Positions 49,900-61,543 of a stretch of 64,000 bases of DNA are shown here, one piece after another. How positions within the stretch are numbered: the first letter of the stretch is position 1; each line of letters begins with the position of its first letter. Source of the DNA: Azolla caroliniana (lineage: Eukaryota; Plantae; Polypodiophyta); NCBI GenBank assembly GCA_043228905.1, contig JBHGNT010000008.1:14942001-15006000 (forward strand), read 5' to 3'. The position numbers and the translations under genes are program-made. The notes under the pieces are model-generated. The model ran no database searches and had not been told where the DNA came from. It worked only from the letters and a program-made list of their open reading frames with translations.

Positions 49900-50840
49900 T
49901 GTCTTCACCATCTTTCTCCTTGTCAACACAAAGCAAGAGGTTACTACAATTATTATATCTTCGTCATCTCTCCAAACACAAGTAGGGCCATGCAATACAT
50001 AGCTCTTGAGAGAAGTAAGCATGTCAACATATGAATAAACCTTTTCAGTGAGCGAACCTTTTGCACAAATACCTTCAAAGCTTTGATATTTGTTGGAGTT
50101 GTCACCTTTTGAATTACTTAGATCTTTGATTCATGCATATAAATTCCTTCTTGGCACACAACATTCTCCACACTACCTTGTTTTGTATGTACGACCATTT
50201 CATCTAGAATCTCATCTTGGAAAGGAAGTGAAAAATGATCTCATTTGGTTGAATCATTCAAGGGTTGGAAGTTGATGTCTTTCTGCTTTAGAACCACAAC
50301 AATAGGTGACACACACTTCAAATCCTCCATATGATAAATGAAACTCTCTTGTAACAATGCTTTAAGATCTTCCTTTTGCACAACTTTCGATTGTTGAAGC
50401 ATTTGGGCAATTGGTACAATCTCCTTCAACTTGATGTGGTGTTTGGTGCCATCTTCTCCTTTTTGGAATCTTAGAAAGAAGAGAAGTAAAACTTAGATGT
50501 TCTTCTCCTGGCATATCGTTTGAAATCATCTTCTTTTTCCTTCTTTAATGACTTCTCCTTCATCCTTAAACACCACGTGGAACAATTTGTTTTCCCTACC
50601 CCACAAAGATTCATCAATTGTTATGCTTTCCTCTTCTTGTTTGCCATTGTCAATAGATGATTTATTCTCCTTTATACATTTGATTAGTTGTCGTAGATAC
50701 AAGTTGTAGAAGATGTTAAACCCCTTTGATGGTGATAAGTTCATGATACTCCAAGCATGTATTATATGTAATTCTTGCATCGATGGTCTTACTAATATTA
50801 AGGAATAAGATGGACCTTTAATGAGTATTACATGTAAATA
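49900..50840 (-). pseudogene. Highly decayed Gypsy pol remnant
   Basis: ORF 50241-50429 with VSPIVVVLKQK resembling the start of RT. Confidence 0.45.
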
Positions 50841-50841
50841 C

Positions 50842-51056
50842 TGTTGGGAATTCCGTCCCTCCAGATGGGATCCGGATGAGAACCAGAGGAGCCAGATCAA
50901 ACGAGCCAAAGGAAGGAACCGCACTGGACGGATCCGGAAGATATCTGGATGAATGCGATGTGAACTGGATCTAGGGACATATCTGTAAACATGTTTCTAG
51001 AGGGCTTGTCATGGCCATAATGTTGTTGTCATTAGAGTTGTTATTATTATTGTTGT

Positions 51057-51093
<37 letters not shown>

Positions 51094-52354
51094 CAGAAAG
51101 ATTTTCTGTTGTAGCCGCCGGTTGGTGAAGACATGGAGCTCGAGGTCGTTGCCTCTGAGTCTCGCTTTGTATCCTCTTCTAGTGATAGTTGGAGTCTGTG
51201 GCCTCCCGTGGTTTTTCCCTATTAGGATTTTCCACGTAAACATCTGGTGTGTCGTCTCATACTGTGTAAGTGCATTAATCTCATTTCTATTTCCTGCTTT
51301 CTTCCATTCCGTGTTTAAGTCTTGGTTGTGGTCGAGCGCTATTCTGCACAAACTGGTATCAAAGTTAGGATGTAAACTTCAAACTAAGAAAGAAAGAAAA
51401 ATTGAAGAGTAATTCTAAAGCATGTTCAAGCTCACCAACTCCAACGATCCAATGTGGAAGTTGAAGATGAGGGATATGCTCGTGGTCAAAGATCTTTGGC
51501 TGCTGGTATATTTTGGGGACAAGAAACTAGACAAGATTGATGCCACGACGTGGGAGGTGATGCATATGAAGACCACTACATACATCCGGTGTTTCATCGA
51601 CATGAGCATGTACAACAATTTCAATAAAGAGAGCAAGGCCCATGTGCTTTGGGAGAAAATTGGCACCATGGTGGAGAGTAAAAACGTCGTAAATAGGGTT
51701 TCGGTATTCCAAAAGTTAGTTAGTCTCCGATACCACGATGGATCCAGCATGGCAGGGCACATGAATGTATTCCAGGGGCTCATAAATGAAACATCATTGT
51801 TGGAAGTACCTCTAGCCGACGAGGTACTTGCATTGCTCGTGCTCGGTTCCCTCCCGGATAGTTGGGAGACGTTGTCGTAGTGTATTTCGTACATAATGTG
51901 AAAAACGTATAAAGTACCCGATTTAATAAATATGAAGAAAACGAAGAAAATATGAGAATACATTTTACATGCATAGGGAAAGATTCAAACCTTATAACTC
52001 CATATTAATAATTTGAAGACTTACCATTACACTAACACATCATAAGATAAAAAAGTAGAGATCCCACATAGAAAGGTTTTTTCACGCATATTTTCTAGGA
52101 AAAGCTTTAGTTAGAAGAAAAACGCATTATAGAAAAAAAAGTGACACATGCACATTTAGCGTGCATAAACACTATAGTCGATGAAAAATGCATGAGGTTA
52201 GAAAAAAGAATGATAACTTTTTAAAAAAAACATGTTAGATAAAGCATATAGTCTATAGATAGAGAAAGCATGGAGTCCATAGTTAGAGAAAAAGCATGGA
52301 TTGTTAAGACTCTCTCATCACTATATAAGGATATGGAGCACAATGTAATAAGGA

Positions 52355-52385
<31 letters not shown>

Positions 52386-55300
52386 GGGGTGATTATTAGG
52401 GTCTAAATATTGATTAATATAATACTTGTGGGATTTACGAGGTTTTTGATTTCTCTTTTCCAATCTATTCCTATCGAATCCAAAGTATAATTAGGGTTAA
52501 ATATTAATAAAACTAAAAAACTATATTCGTGGGATTCATGAATTTCTACCTCTCTTTCTTATAATCTATTCATAACTAAACTCGTCTCAAATTCTTCCTC
52601 TTCCTAGTCCAAAACCCCAGCGGTTCCCACCCGACTCACGCAACGATCCGACGTCGAAAGCCACGACAATGCTAGTTGTCACTTTGGGCAATGCTGAGAT
52701 GAAAGGAAAGCATTTGTCCCTAGCAAGAGAAAAGTCAAGCTTGCTAGATGAAGAGGCTCTCTAGAAGGATCAGGAGTCCGGAACCGATCTGAAGGCCTTG
52801 GTTACGGAAGACGACCATAACCGGGGAAGAGGCTGGAATCCGAGTCTCCAGAACCAGGACAAATCGGGGACGACGTCGAAGTCAAGGGGGAGGCCCACTT
52901 GCTTTTATTGTGGAAAGTCGGGCCATTTCCAAAAGAACTGCTAACACTTTCGGAAAGCCAAAGAGGAAGTCGACATTCCGGAACCGAAGAAGATTTCGGA
53001 AAGGAGACGAACATTCGCGATCACGACAAGTGACGAAGAACTGCTACTAATCACCGAGGAGAGTGAGCTGCATCTTGTCAACGACGAGAAAACATGGGTG
53101 GTCGACATCGGAGTGTGTTCCATCTCACCCCCGATCGGAAATGCTTCTCATCACACAAAGCTGGAGATCACGGTTCTTTCTGGATGGGAAATGAAGGTAC
53201 ATGCCGAATTATCGGCATAGGAGACGTCTGGTTGACGATGTCAACCAGGTGCAAGTTGCTATTGAAGGATGTCCGACACGTTCCGGAGGTTCGGCTGAAC
53301 TTGATATCAATCGGTCGGTTGGAATGGAGTCATGCAATTTGGCAAAGGGATCCTGATCGTAGCTCGAGCCCAAAAGATATACCGGGAAGAAATGAACATG
53401 ACATCCAATAATGTCGGTGAGATGTGGCACAAGAGGTTGTGTCACATGAGCTAGAAAGGGATGAGAAGACTTGCCAAAGATAACCTCATTCAGGAGGTGA
53501 AAGACTTGCATCTTGAGAGAGAATGGCCCACTAGAACTTATGCATACTGATGTATGTCAAGTGGACACGAAGTCACATTCCGGATCTCTGTAGTTCGTGA
53601 TGTTCATAGACAACCACATCTTGAAACTATGGGTCTCGCCACTGAAGAAGAAGGACCAAGTATTATCCGTCTTCAAGGAATTCCACACGAGAGTGGGAAG
53701 GGAAACTGGCTGGAAGTTGAAGGCGGTTCGAGTAGACAACAGAGGAGAATACCGGGGGCAGTTGGAGGAGTACTGCTGGTCGAAGGGAATCTGGCTCGAA
53801 TTCACTGTGCTAAAGATGGAGAATGTCCGCAGCATGCTAGCACATGCAAACTTACCGAAGAAATTTTGGCCTGAGGCACTGATGACAACAACCTATGTGA
53901 TAAACAGATCACCCTGAACGCCCTTAGAAGGAGACTCACCGTAGAAAGTATGGACCGGTAAAGAGGTATCTTACCAGCATTTGAAGGTGTTTGGCTGTCT
54001 CACTTAAGTGCATGTTGCAAAGGACAAGAGAGCAGTGTCGGATCCGAAGTCCAAGCCATGCATTTTCCTTGGATACGGCGATGATGAGTTTGGATACCGA
54101 GTGTGGGACTTGGTCGACAAGAAGGTGTTCCAGAGTCGAGACATAGTCTTCATGGAAGACAAGAGTATTGCCAACTAGGAGTCGAAGAACAAGATAGTAG
54201 ACTCTGGATCGACCGATGGGAACCATCCGGCCGGAAGCCAGATAACACCCGAATAACCGTCCAGAGTCGGACAAGAGACCGAACCGATCGAAGAAGTAGA
54301 ATTGGATATTGGAGCCGAACAAGACCCCGAATCGAATTCGGATGAAGAACAAACGATGGATATGAACCAAGGAAGAAGATATCCTCTCAGAGAGAGAAGA
54401 GCCCCCTGGAGATTCCCGGATGCAAAGCATGTGTTGCTAACGGATGAGGGGGAGGCGGTGAGCTTCAAAGAAGCAAAGAAAGACACCCACAACTGGAAGT
54501 GGTTAAGTGCTATGTAGGATGCATGAGAACCACACATATGAATCCACAGAATTTCCGAAAGGAAAGAGACCACTCTGGAACAAGTGGGTGTACAAGTTGA
54601 AACCGAGAGACACTAGAAATCGACCAAGGTACAAAGCGCACATTGTGGTGAAGGGCTTCCAACAGAAGAAAGGAGTGGATTTCAATGATATCTTTGCCTT
54701 GGTAGTGAAGATGTCATCCATCCAGACGGTGTTGAGCATAGCGGCAAGCATGGACCTCTAGGTAGGGCAACTAAACGTCAAGACGATGTTCCTACATGGC
54801 GACCTCAAAGAAGAGATCTACATGCAACAGCCGCAAGGATTCGTCAAGAAAGGCAAGGAGCACTTGGTATGCCGGTTGAAGAAGAGCTTATGCGGAGTGA
54901 AGCAAGCTCCCCGACCATGGTACCAGAAGTTCGACTCCTTCATGACTGATCAAGGATACCACAAGACACAGGCCAAGTAATGCGTGTTCCTGAAGAATTT
55001 CGACTGAGGGGACATCTTGATACTCCTACTATATGTCCATGACATGCTGGTCATCGAACTGGACCGAATCAAAATCGGGAATTTGAAGAAGTCCTTGAAC
55101 CGGGCCTTCTCAATGAAAGATTTGGGTCCGACAAGACAGATATTGGGGATGCACATTGTCCGGGACCGGATGAAGAAGCTATTATGGTTGTTATAGGAGA
55201 AGTATGTGGTGAAGGTGCTCCAATGGTTCAACATGATGGATGTGAACCCAGTCGCATCGAAACTTCTAATAAATTGTAAACTATTCGGAAAACAAAGCCC

Positions 55301-55815
55301 GAAGACGAAGGCAGAGCAGTCGGTGATGATGAAGATACCATACGCCTCTACCGTAGGAAGCCTAATGTACGCAATGGTGTGTAACCGACTGGATTTCGGA
55401 TATGGAGTCAGAGTGGTTAGTCGGTTTATGAGCAATCTGGGAAGAGAACACTAGACCGCAGTCAAGGGAATACTCCGGTACTCGAAAGGCAACTTGAGCA
55501 TGTGCCTCTCATTAAGCTCCTAAAAACCCCAACTTGAAGGATTCACGGATTCGGATATGTCGGCTGATGCGGATACCAACCGATCAACTTCCGGATATGT
55601 TATGACATATGCAGGGGGAGCCGTATCATGGCAGTCAAGGCTCCAGAAGTCCGTTGCACTATTGACAATGGAAGCGGAGTACATAGCGGCCGTAAAAGCC
55701 GGTAAAGAGGTAATCTGGATGAAGGACTTCATTGGAGAGCTAGGGATCCGGCAGGAGGAATTCCGGTTCTACTGTGACTATCAAAGTGTCATTCACCTTG
55801 GAATGAATGTGGTGT
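50842..55815 (+). mobile_element. Decayed Tork-like Copia, relative of 19749-25131; 5' LTR 50842-51350, PBS 51354-51364, 3'-truncated
   Basis: LTR TGTTGGGAATT..GCACA; TGGTATCAAAG; ORF fragments for gag, PR, INT, RT, RH collinear with the intact copy. Confidence 0.92.
51873..52668 (+). mobile_element. Solo LTR inserted in Copia gag
   Basis: TGTCGTAG...CCACGACA; flanks ACGT and ATGC (both derivable from ACGC); host frame WET|LVVT rejoins. Confidence 0.8.
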
Positions 55816-56890
55816 TGTGAGGTGAACGCCGTTTTGAGGCCTTTCGTGAATTGGTGAACTAACTATAGTAGGCGGTCTAGAGGTAGCATGATCTGACATT
55901 GTTGTAACACCTGCCAGGTAATGTCGTTCTCCGTAGTCTCCACTGCCTCTTCCGAATGCGCGTTCTATTTCTGTAATTCGGCCACGTTCCATTCATTGGC
56001 TTTCCGTATCCATTCGGTATCCCAATGGACTTCCGTGACTGCAACGGTTACCATGTTTACCGCTGGTTGTTTCTCATTGGTCTTGACTGAACATTGGCTA
56101 GTATAGTGACCTTCCTTCTAGCAATAATAGCAATACACCTTCCGGTTATTACTTGACTCCCTTTTCTCTGTGTTTCCGGGTTGGGTGCCGGAAGTCATCC
56201 GGTTGTTGTCTTCCCTCTTTCGTTGTTCCGGTGGTGCCACGGTTGTGTTTGTATCCGGTCCCTGGCTGTATTCTCATGTTGCCTCCTGACGCTCAACTCA
56301 TCGAAAATGTGTCGGTTGTTGCATCGGTGACTCCAGTACCCCTATCGTTCCGAGTACCGTCTATCATTCCTCCTTCGGTCATAGTCTGGGGAGTAGTCAT
56401 GCTCATACAGATCTCAGTTGTAGTTGTCTCTACGTTGGTCATCGCGGTCTCAGTCATAGTCGTCCCATCTTTTGTCATTATACCGCTCTCCGCATTCCGG
56501 TCAGTATCGGTCCTCCCTCTGGAATCGTTCTTCGTCCAGTTCGTGCTCGTTTCGGGGTTCATTGTGCGGGACGGGTGCAGCTTGCCGCTCTAGCAAATTG
56601 TGGAGTTGATTGTGTACTATTTGAAACTGGATAATAAACTGTGGCAATGTTTCGTGTTCCTCTTCATAGGTTGTGTAAAACTGGCCGACCAGCTCTCTTT
56701 GTTCTACCTACCAATGGAATAGTTGCAGGAATTTGGTTTTTAGTGCATCAAATGTGGCAAAGCTTCCGGGAAGGTGCTTTGCATGCCACTGTGCCGTTGA
56801 TCCTTCCAACATCATACCGAATTCCGCAATCTTGGACCGTTCAGCTTCTACATCCGTCAACCGTTGCGAGACATGGTTTGCTTCCCACGT

Positions 56891-58239
56891 TGTCGCGAAA
56901 ATACGACGAGGACATGCAAACTTGAGGCAGGACCCCGGGGCCTCCAACCAGAGGATAATCACATTTGTGCGTTTATATTTTTAACAATTAACAAAAAGAA
57001 GAAATTTAATAATTTTCATTAACAAAGGAAAAAGAAATTACAATATGTCCCAAGATTGGGATTTAGAAGTTTTAGGTTTACTAAGATTAATAGAAAAGAA
57101 AAATTAGGGGTTATGAGTATTATGGCTTCTGTAGGGAAGATTAGGATTAGGTTATATGAGTATTATGGCTTCCGTAGGGAAGATTAGGGTTTTTGAGTGT
57201 TATGGATTCCGTAGGGAATTTTAGGGTTTATGAGAGTTATGGCTACCCTAAGATAAGGGAGTTGAGAAGAAAATTAAGATAATATGGAGAGTACCCTCTA
57301 GTGTAGGAAAAAAATTAAATAAATATGGAGTTCTCCCTTGATCATAGCCTTTCCACTTTTTGTTGCATGGCCTCTACTTTTAGTTGCCTAGCTTTTTCTT
57401 TTGGTTGCATGTGACTGTCCACATGACCTTTACTTTTTCCATGCACTCCTTCTTTAGTTGCTTGCGTCCACATGGCCTTTACTTTAGTTCTCTTCACTTT
57501 AATTTAGTTTGTTGCATGATCCAATCTTTCGTCCGTCCGCGTCCAACCTCGTCTGGTAGCCGGTTCCATTTTGCTTGCCGGTCGATTCCGATTTTGCTTG
57601 CCGGCCGGTTCCGGTTTTGCTTGGCGGCCGGTTCCGGTTTTGCTTGCCGGCCGGTTTCCAGTTTTGATTGCCGGCCGGTTCCGGTTTTGCTTACCAACCG
57701 GTTTCCGGTTTTGATTGCCAGCCGGTTCCGGTTCTACTTCCCGGCCGGTTCCGGTTTTGCTTACCAGTCAGTTTCCGGTTTTGCTTGCCGGCCGGTTCCG
57801 GTTTTGCTTACCGGCCGGTTTCCAATTTGAATACCCATTGCGGTTCCGGTTTTGCTTGCCAGCCGGTTCCAGTTTTGCATACCGGCCGGTTTCCGGATTT
57901 GCTTACCGGCCGATTTCCGGTTTTAGGGAATTTGGCCACCATCATCCATCAAGACAAGGTGGCCAAAGTGCTCTTAGCACAAATGAAAAATGAGGGAGCT
58001 CAAGGTGCTTATATAGCCAGGGCCTTAAGTTTCCTATCTATGTGGGATAGTTCTAATTTTTCCTATCTTCTCAAACTTTATTTTCACATAACTTGATATG
58101 TATTTCTCCATTTTGTATATAGTAAAATACGTTTTGAAGCTCTTGAGTATATCCATCTTTCTATAGTAAGATACTAATCTAATCTATAATAATTATTTCA
58201 TTATTATTTTTTACATAATGTGTGAAGATTCACATGACA
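56891..58239 (-). mobile_element. Solo LTR with perfect TSD ACGT, containing two minisatellites
   Basis: TGTCGCG...CATGACA; ACGT at 56887-56890 and 58240-58243; right arm homologous to 17840-18058. Confidence 0.88.
57555..57925. repeat. ~20-bp minisatellite CCGGCCGGTT(T)CCGGTTTTGCTT(G/A), roughly 17 copies
   Basis: Directly visible head-to-tail array. Confidence 0.9.
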
Positions 58240-59342
58240 ACGTCTACAAGAAAGAATACATGGTCATCTCGGTACTTCGAGTACGGGTACCACATGATGT
58301 TTTCTTCGAAAGGTTGTGTCGAGGGTGGTGGTATCGGTATGCGCTCTTCCGCCTATCGGTTTGGTGGCGGTGTCGGTTTGCGCTCTTCCGCCTATCAGTT
58401 TGGTGGCAGTGTCAGTTTGTGCTCCTTTATTTTCTCCGGTAATTGTTCCGGTGGTGGCGTCGGTTGGTGCTCCACTGGTAATATGGTTAATGTTTCTATC
58501 GGTTCCGGTGTCTATGTGTGTTCCGAATCGTCTTCCTTTGGGTTCTTTGGAGTATCGTGGTTACTCCAATAGTTCGAGTGAACACTCTACTCGCTATCTA
58601 ATTCCGACTCCAAGGCGGAGAATGGATCCGAGTCTCCATCGCCTGCGGCGAGGGTTTGCAATACCGATTCTGCCTCCCGCAAGCTACTCAGGTTGCTGCC
58701 CTCTTCGGAAAATTGCTGATTTTGCAATCGAAGTGCTTCCTTCGCGACCCGTCGAAGAACTCTTGGAAAAGACCGGTCTTGTCAGATCTCATCAGCCGCT
58801 TGCTAGAAGGCTTCCTGCCTTTGTAGTCTCTCGGCTAGTCTTCTTCCTCGTTCGGTCACTAGGTCATTCGTCGGTCTAGTCATCCATTCCCTAGCGGTCT
58901 CTGCATGCTACAAGAATCATCGTCACCAAAACTGTGTTTATCTTGGGCCCGACTAGCCATAGACATAGGGTGTCTTTCCGGATCACTTCACCAAAGGTGT
59001 GGTTAGGGATAGGATGCTTTGATTGTTTAACACACCTAAGATCTATGATTAAGCACAGACGGCAAGTACACAAGACCATTGACACGTTACTTAATTAACT
59101 CCAAAACTTATATTACTTTCGTAGTTCTTTACATTGCGTCGTATGCTTTTATAGGCCTCCGGTCTAAATACAAAACGGTGCCATATTGGCAACCGGCTAT
59201 GAATCAGTTTGGATCTAAATCGGTATAACTATTCCGGATCCGTCTGTTCTGAATAATATTTCTCATTAAATAATTATCTACTTATTTCAGCTTTCAGCTT
59301 GCCCCTTTCTCACTTGCGCCTTGGATCATACTCTGGCCAACA

Positions 59343-59870
59343 ATGTCGAATGATGCCGCGAGTTGTGACTTTACGCGACCGATTTCATCTTTGTCCGCGC
59401 CGACGATGACTAAATCATCAACATAAAGTAATATACTAACCAGTCCATGTCGACCTTACCGACCGGACGAACAATGAGGAGTCTTATTTGGACGTCACAA
59501 ACCCCAACTAAAGCAGGCGTTGTGTGATCTTCACGTTCAACACTCACGGGGCTTGCGATAATCCATACAGGGACTTCTTCAGTCGGCATACTACCGAGGT
59601 GTTCTTTCCTGACTGCAATCCGGGGGGTTGTACCATGTACACCTGCTCCCCAAGTTCTCCTTGCAGGAACGCATTCTTTACATCCATCTGATGTAAATGC
59701 CACCCCTTTACCACGGCCACCGCAAGTAGGACACGAACGGTTGTCATCTTTGCAACCGGCGCAAAGGTCTTATCGTAGTCGATGCCGTGTCGTTGTGCAT
59801 ATCCCTTCGCCTCTAACCGGGCCTTGGAGTAGTTGACAAAGTCATCGGTGTTGTACTTGACCTTGTACAC
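59343..59870 (-). pseudogene. Copia RT fragment
   Basis: [27 protein letters not shown]; same family as 62878-63945. Confidence 0.9.
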
Positions 59871-61543
59871 TATTGGGAATTCGGTCCTCCAGATGGGATT
59901 CAGATGAGAACCGAAGGAGCCGGATCAGACGAGCCGAAGGAAGGAGCCGGATCGGACGGATCCAGAAGATATCCGGATGAATCCGGTGTGAATTGGATCA
60001 AGGAACATGTCTGTAAATATGTTTCTAGAGGGCTTTTCATGGCCATATTTGTAAATAGCCCTAAAGTCATATAAGTATAAATATGACTTAGGGCAACCAC
60101 TTGTTCTGTGGTTGTTTCAGTTGTTGTAGTTGTTGAGTTGTTATTATTACTGTTGTATAGTCAGAGAGAGTGTGTGTGAGAGAGAGAGAGAGATATAGAA
60201 GTTTTTCTATTGTAACCACCGGTTGGTGGAGATATAGGGCTAGATTTCGTTACCTCTGATTCTTGCATTGTATCCTCTCCTTATACTGATAGTTGAAGTC
60301 AGTGGACTTCCGTGGTTTCCCTATTAGTGTTTTCCACGTAAACATCATGTGTCCTCCCTATTGTATGTGGAAGTGTTGTAATCCCCTTTTCTATTTTGTT
60401 CTTCCATCAAGTTTAAGACTCGGTTGTTGCCGAGCGTTATTCCACACAAATTGGTATCAGAGCCAACAAAAGATGGAAGAATCATTCAGAAGCATGCTCA
60501 AACTCACTGGCTCCAACTATCCAGCGTGGAAGTCAAGGATGAGGGACATGCTCGTGGTCAAAGATATCTGGTTGCCGGTACAGTTCGGGGACAACAAACC
60601 AAACAAGATTGATGCCATGACATAGGAGGTGATGCATATGAAGAAGACAACATAGATTCGGTGCTTCATTGACATAAGCTTGTACAACAATTTTCACGAA
60701 GAAAGTAACACGCATGTGCTCTGAGAAAAAATCGGTAAAATGTTGTAGAGAAAAAATGTCGTAAATCGGGTTTTGGTATTCCGGAAGCTAGTGAGACTCC
60801 AGTACCAAGACGGATCTAGCATAGCGGAGCGCATGAATGCATTCTAGGGGCTCATAAATCAAACAACCTTGTTGGAAGTACCTCTAGCCAATGAAGTACT
60901 TGTGTTGCTCCTGCTCGGTTCCCTCCCAGATAATTGGGAGTCGCAAGTTGTCACTCTGGGCAACACTGGGCCGGAAGGAAAATAGTTGTCCCTAGCAAAG
61001 GTAAAATCAAGCTTGCTGGATGAAGAGGCTCGCCGGAAGGACCAGGACTCTGGAATCAATCCAAAGGCCTTGGTCACGGAATATGACCATAACCGAGGAA
61101 GAGGCGGGAATCAGAGTCCCCAAACCGGGACAAATCGGGGACGAGGTCGAAGTCAAGGGGAAGGCCCACTTGGTTTTTATTGCGGAAAGCCGACGCACTT
61201 CCAAAAGAATTGCCGACACTTTCGGAAATCCAAAGGTGGAGCTGACATTACAAAACCGAAGAAGATTTAGGAAAGAAAAGGAACGTCTGCGATCACGACA
61301 AGTGAAGATGAATTGTTTATAATCACCAAAGAGAGTGAGTTGTATCTTGGCAGTGATGAAACAACATGGCTGATCGACTCTGGAGTGTCGTTCCATCTGA
61401 CCCCCGACCGGAAGTGCTTCTCATCGTACAGAGCTAGAGATCACAGTTTTGTCCGGATGGGAAACGAAGGTGCATGCTGACTTATCGGCATAGGAAATGT
61501 GTGGTTGACGACATCAACCGGTTGCAAGCTGCTACTGAAGGAT
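59871..61543 (+). mobile_element. Tork-like Copia 5' fragment: LTR 59871-60448, PBS TGGTATCAGAGCC 60452-60464, decayed gag-PR
   Basis: LTR homologous to 50842-51350; FYCGKPTHFQKNC; WLIDSG. Confidence 0.9.

Larger units (their letters stand above)
55820..59342 (-). mobile_element. Family Y 5' fragment: LTR 58933-59342, PBS-like TGGTGACGA, decayed gag split by a solo LTR
   Basis: TWEANHVSQRL..ERSKIAEFG shared with 46245-46460; LTR shares CACTTCACCAAAGG and ACAAAACGGTGCCAT with 47121-47555. Confidence 0.85.
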
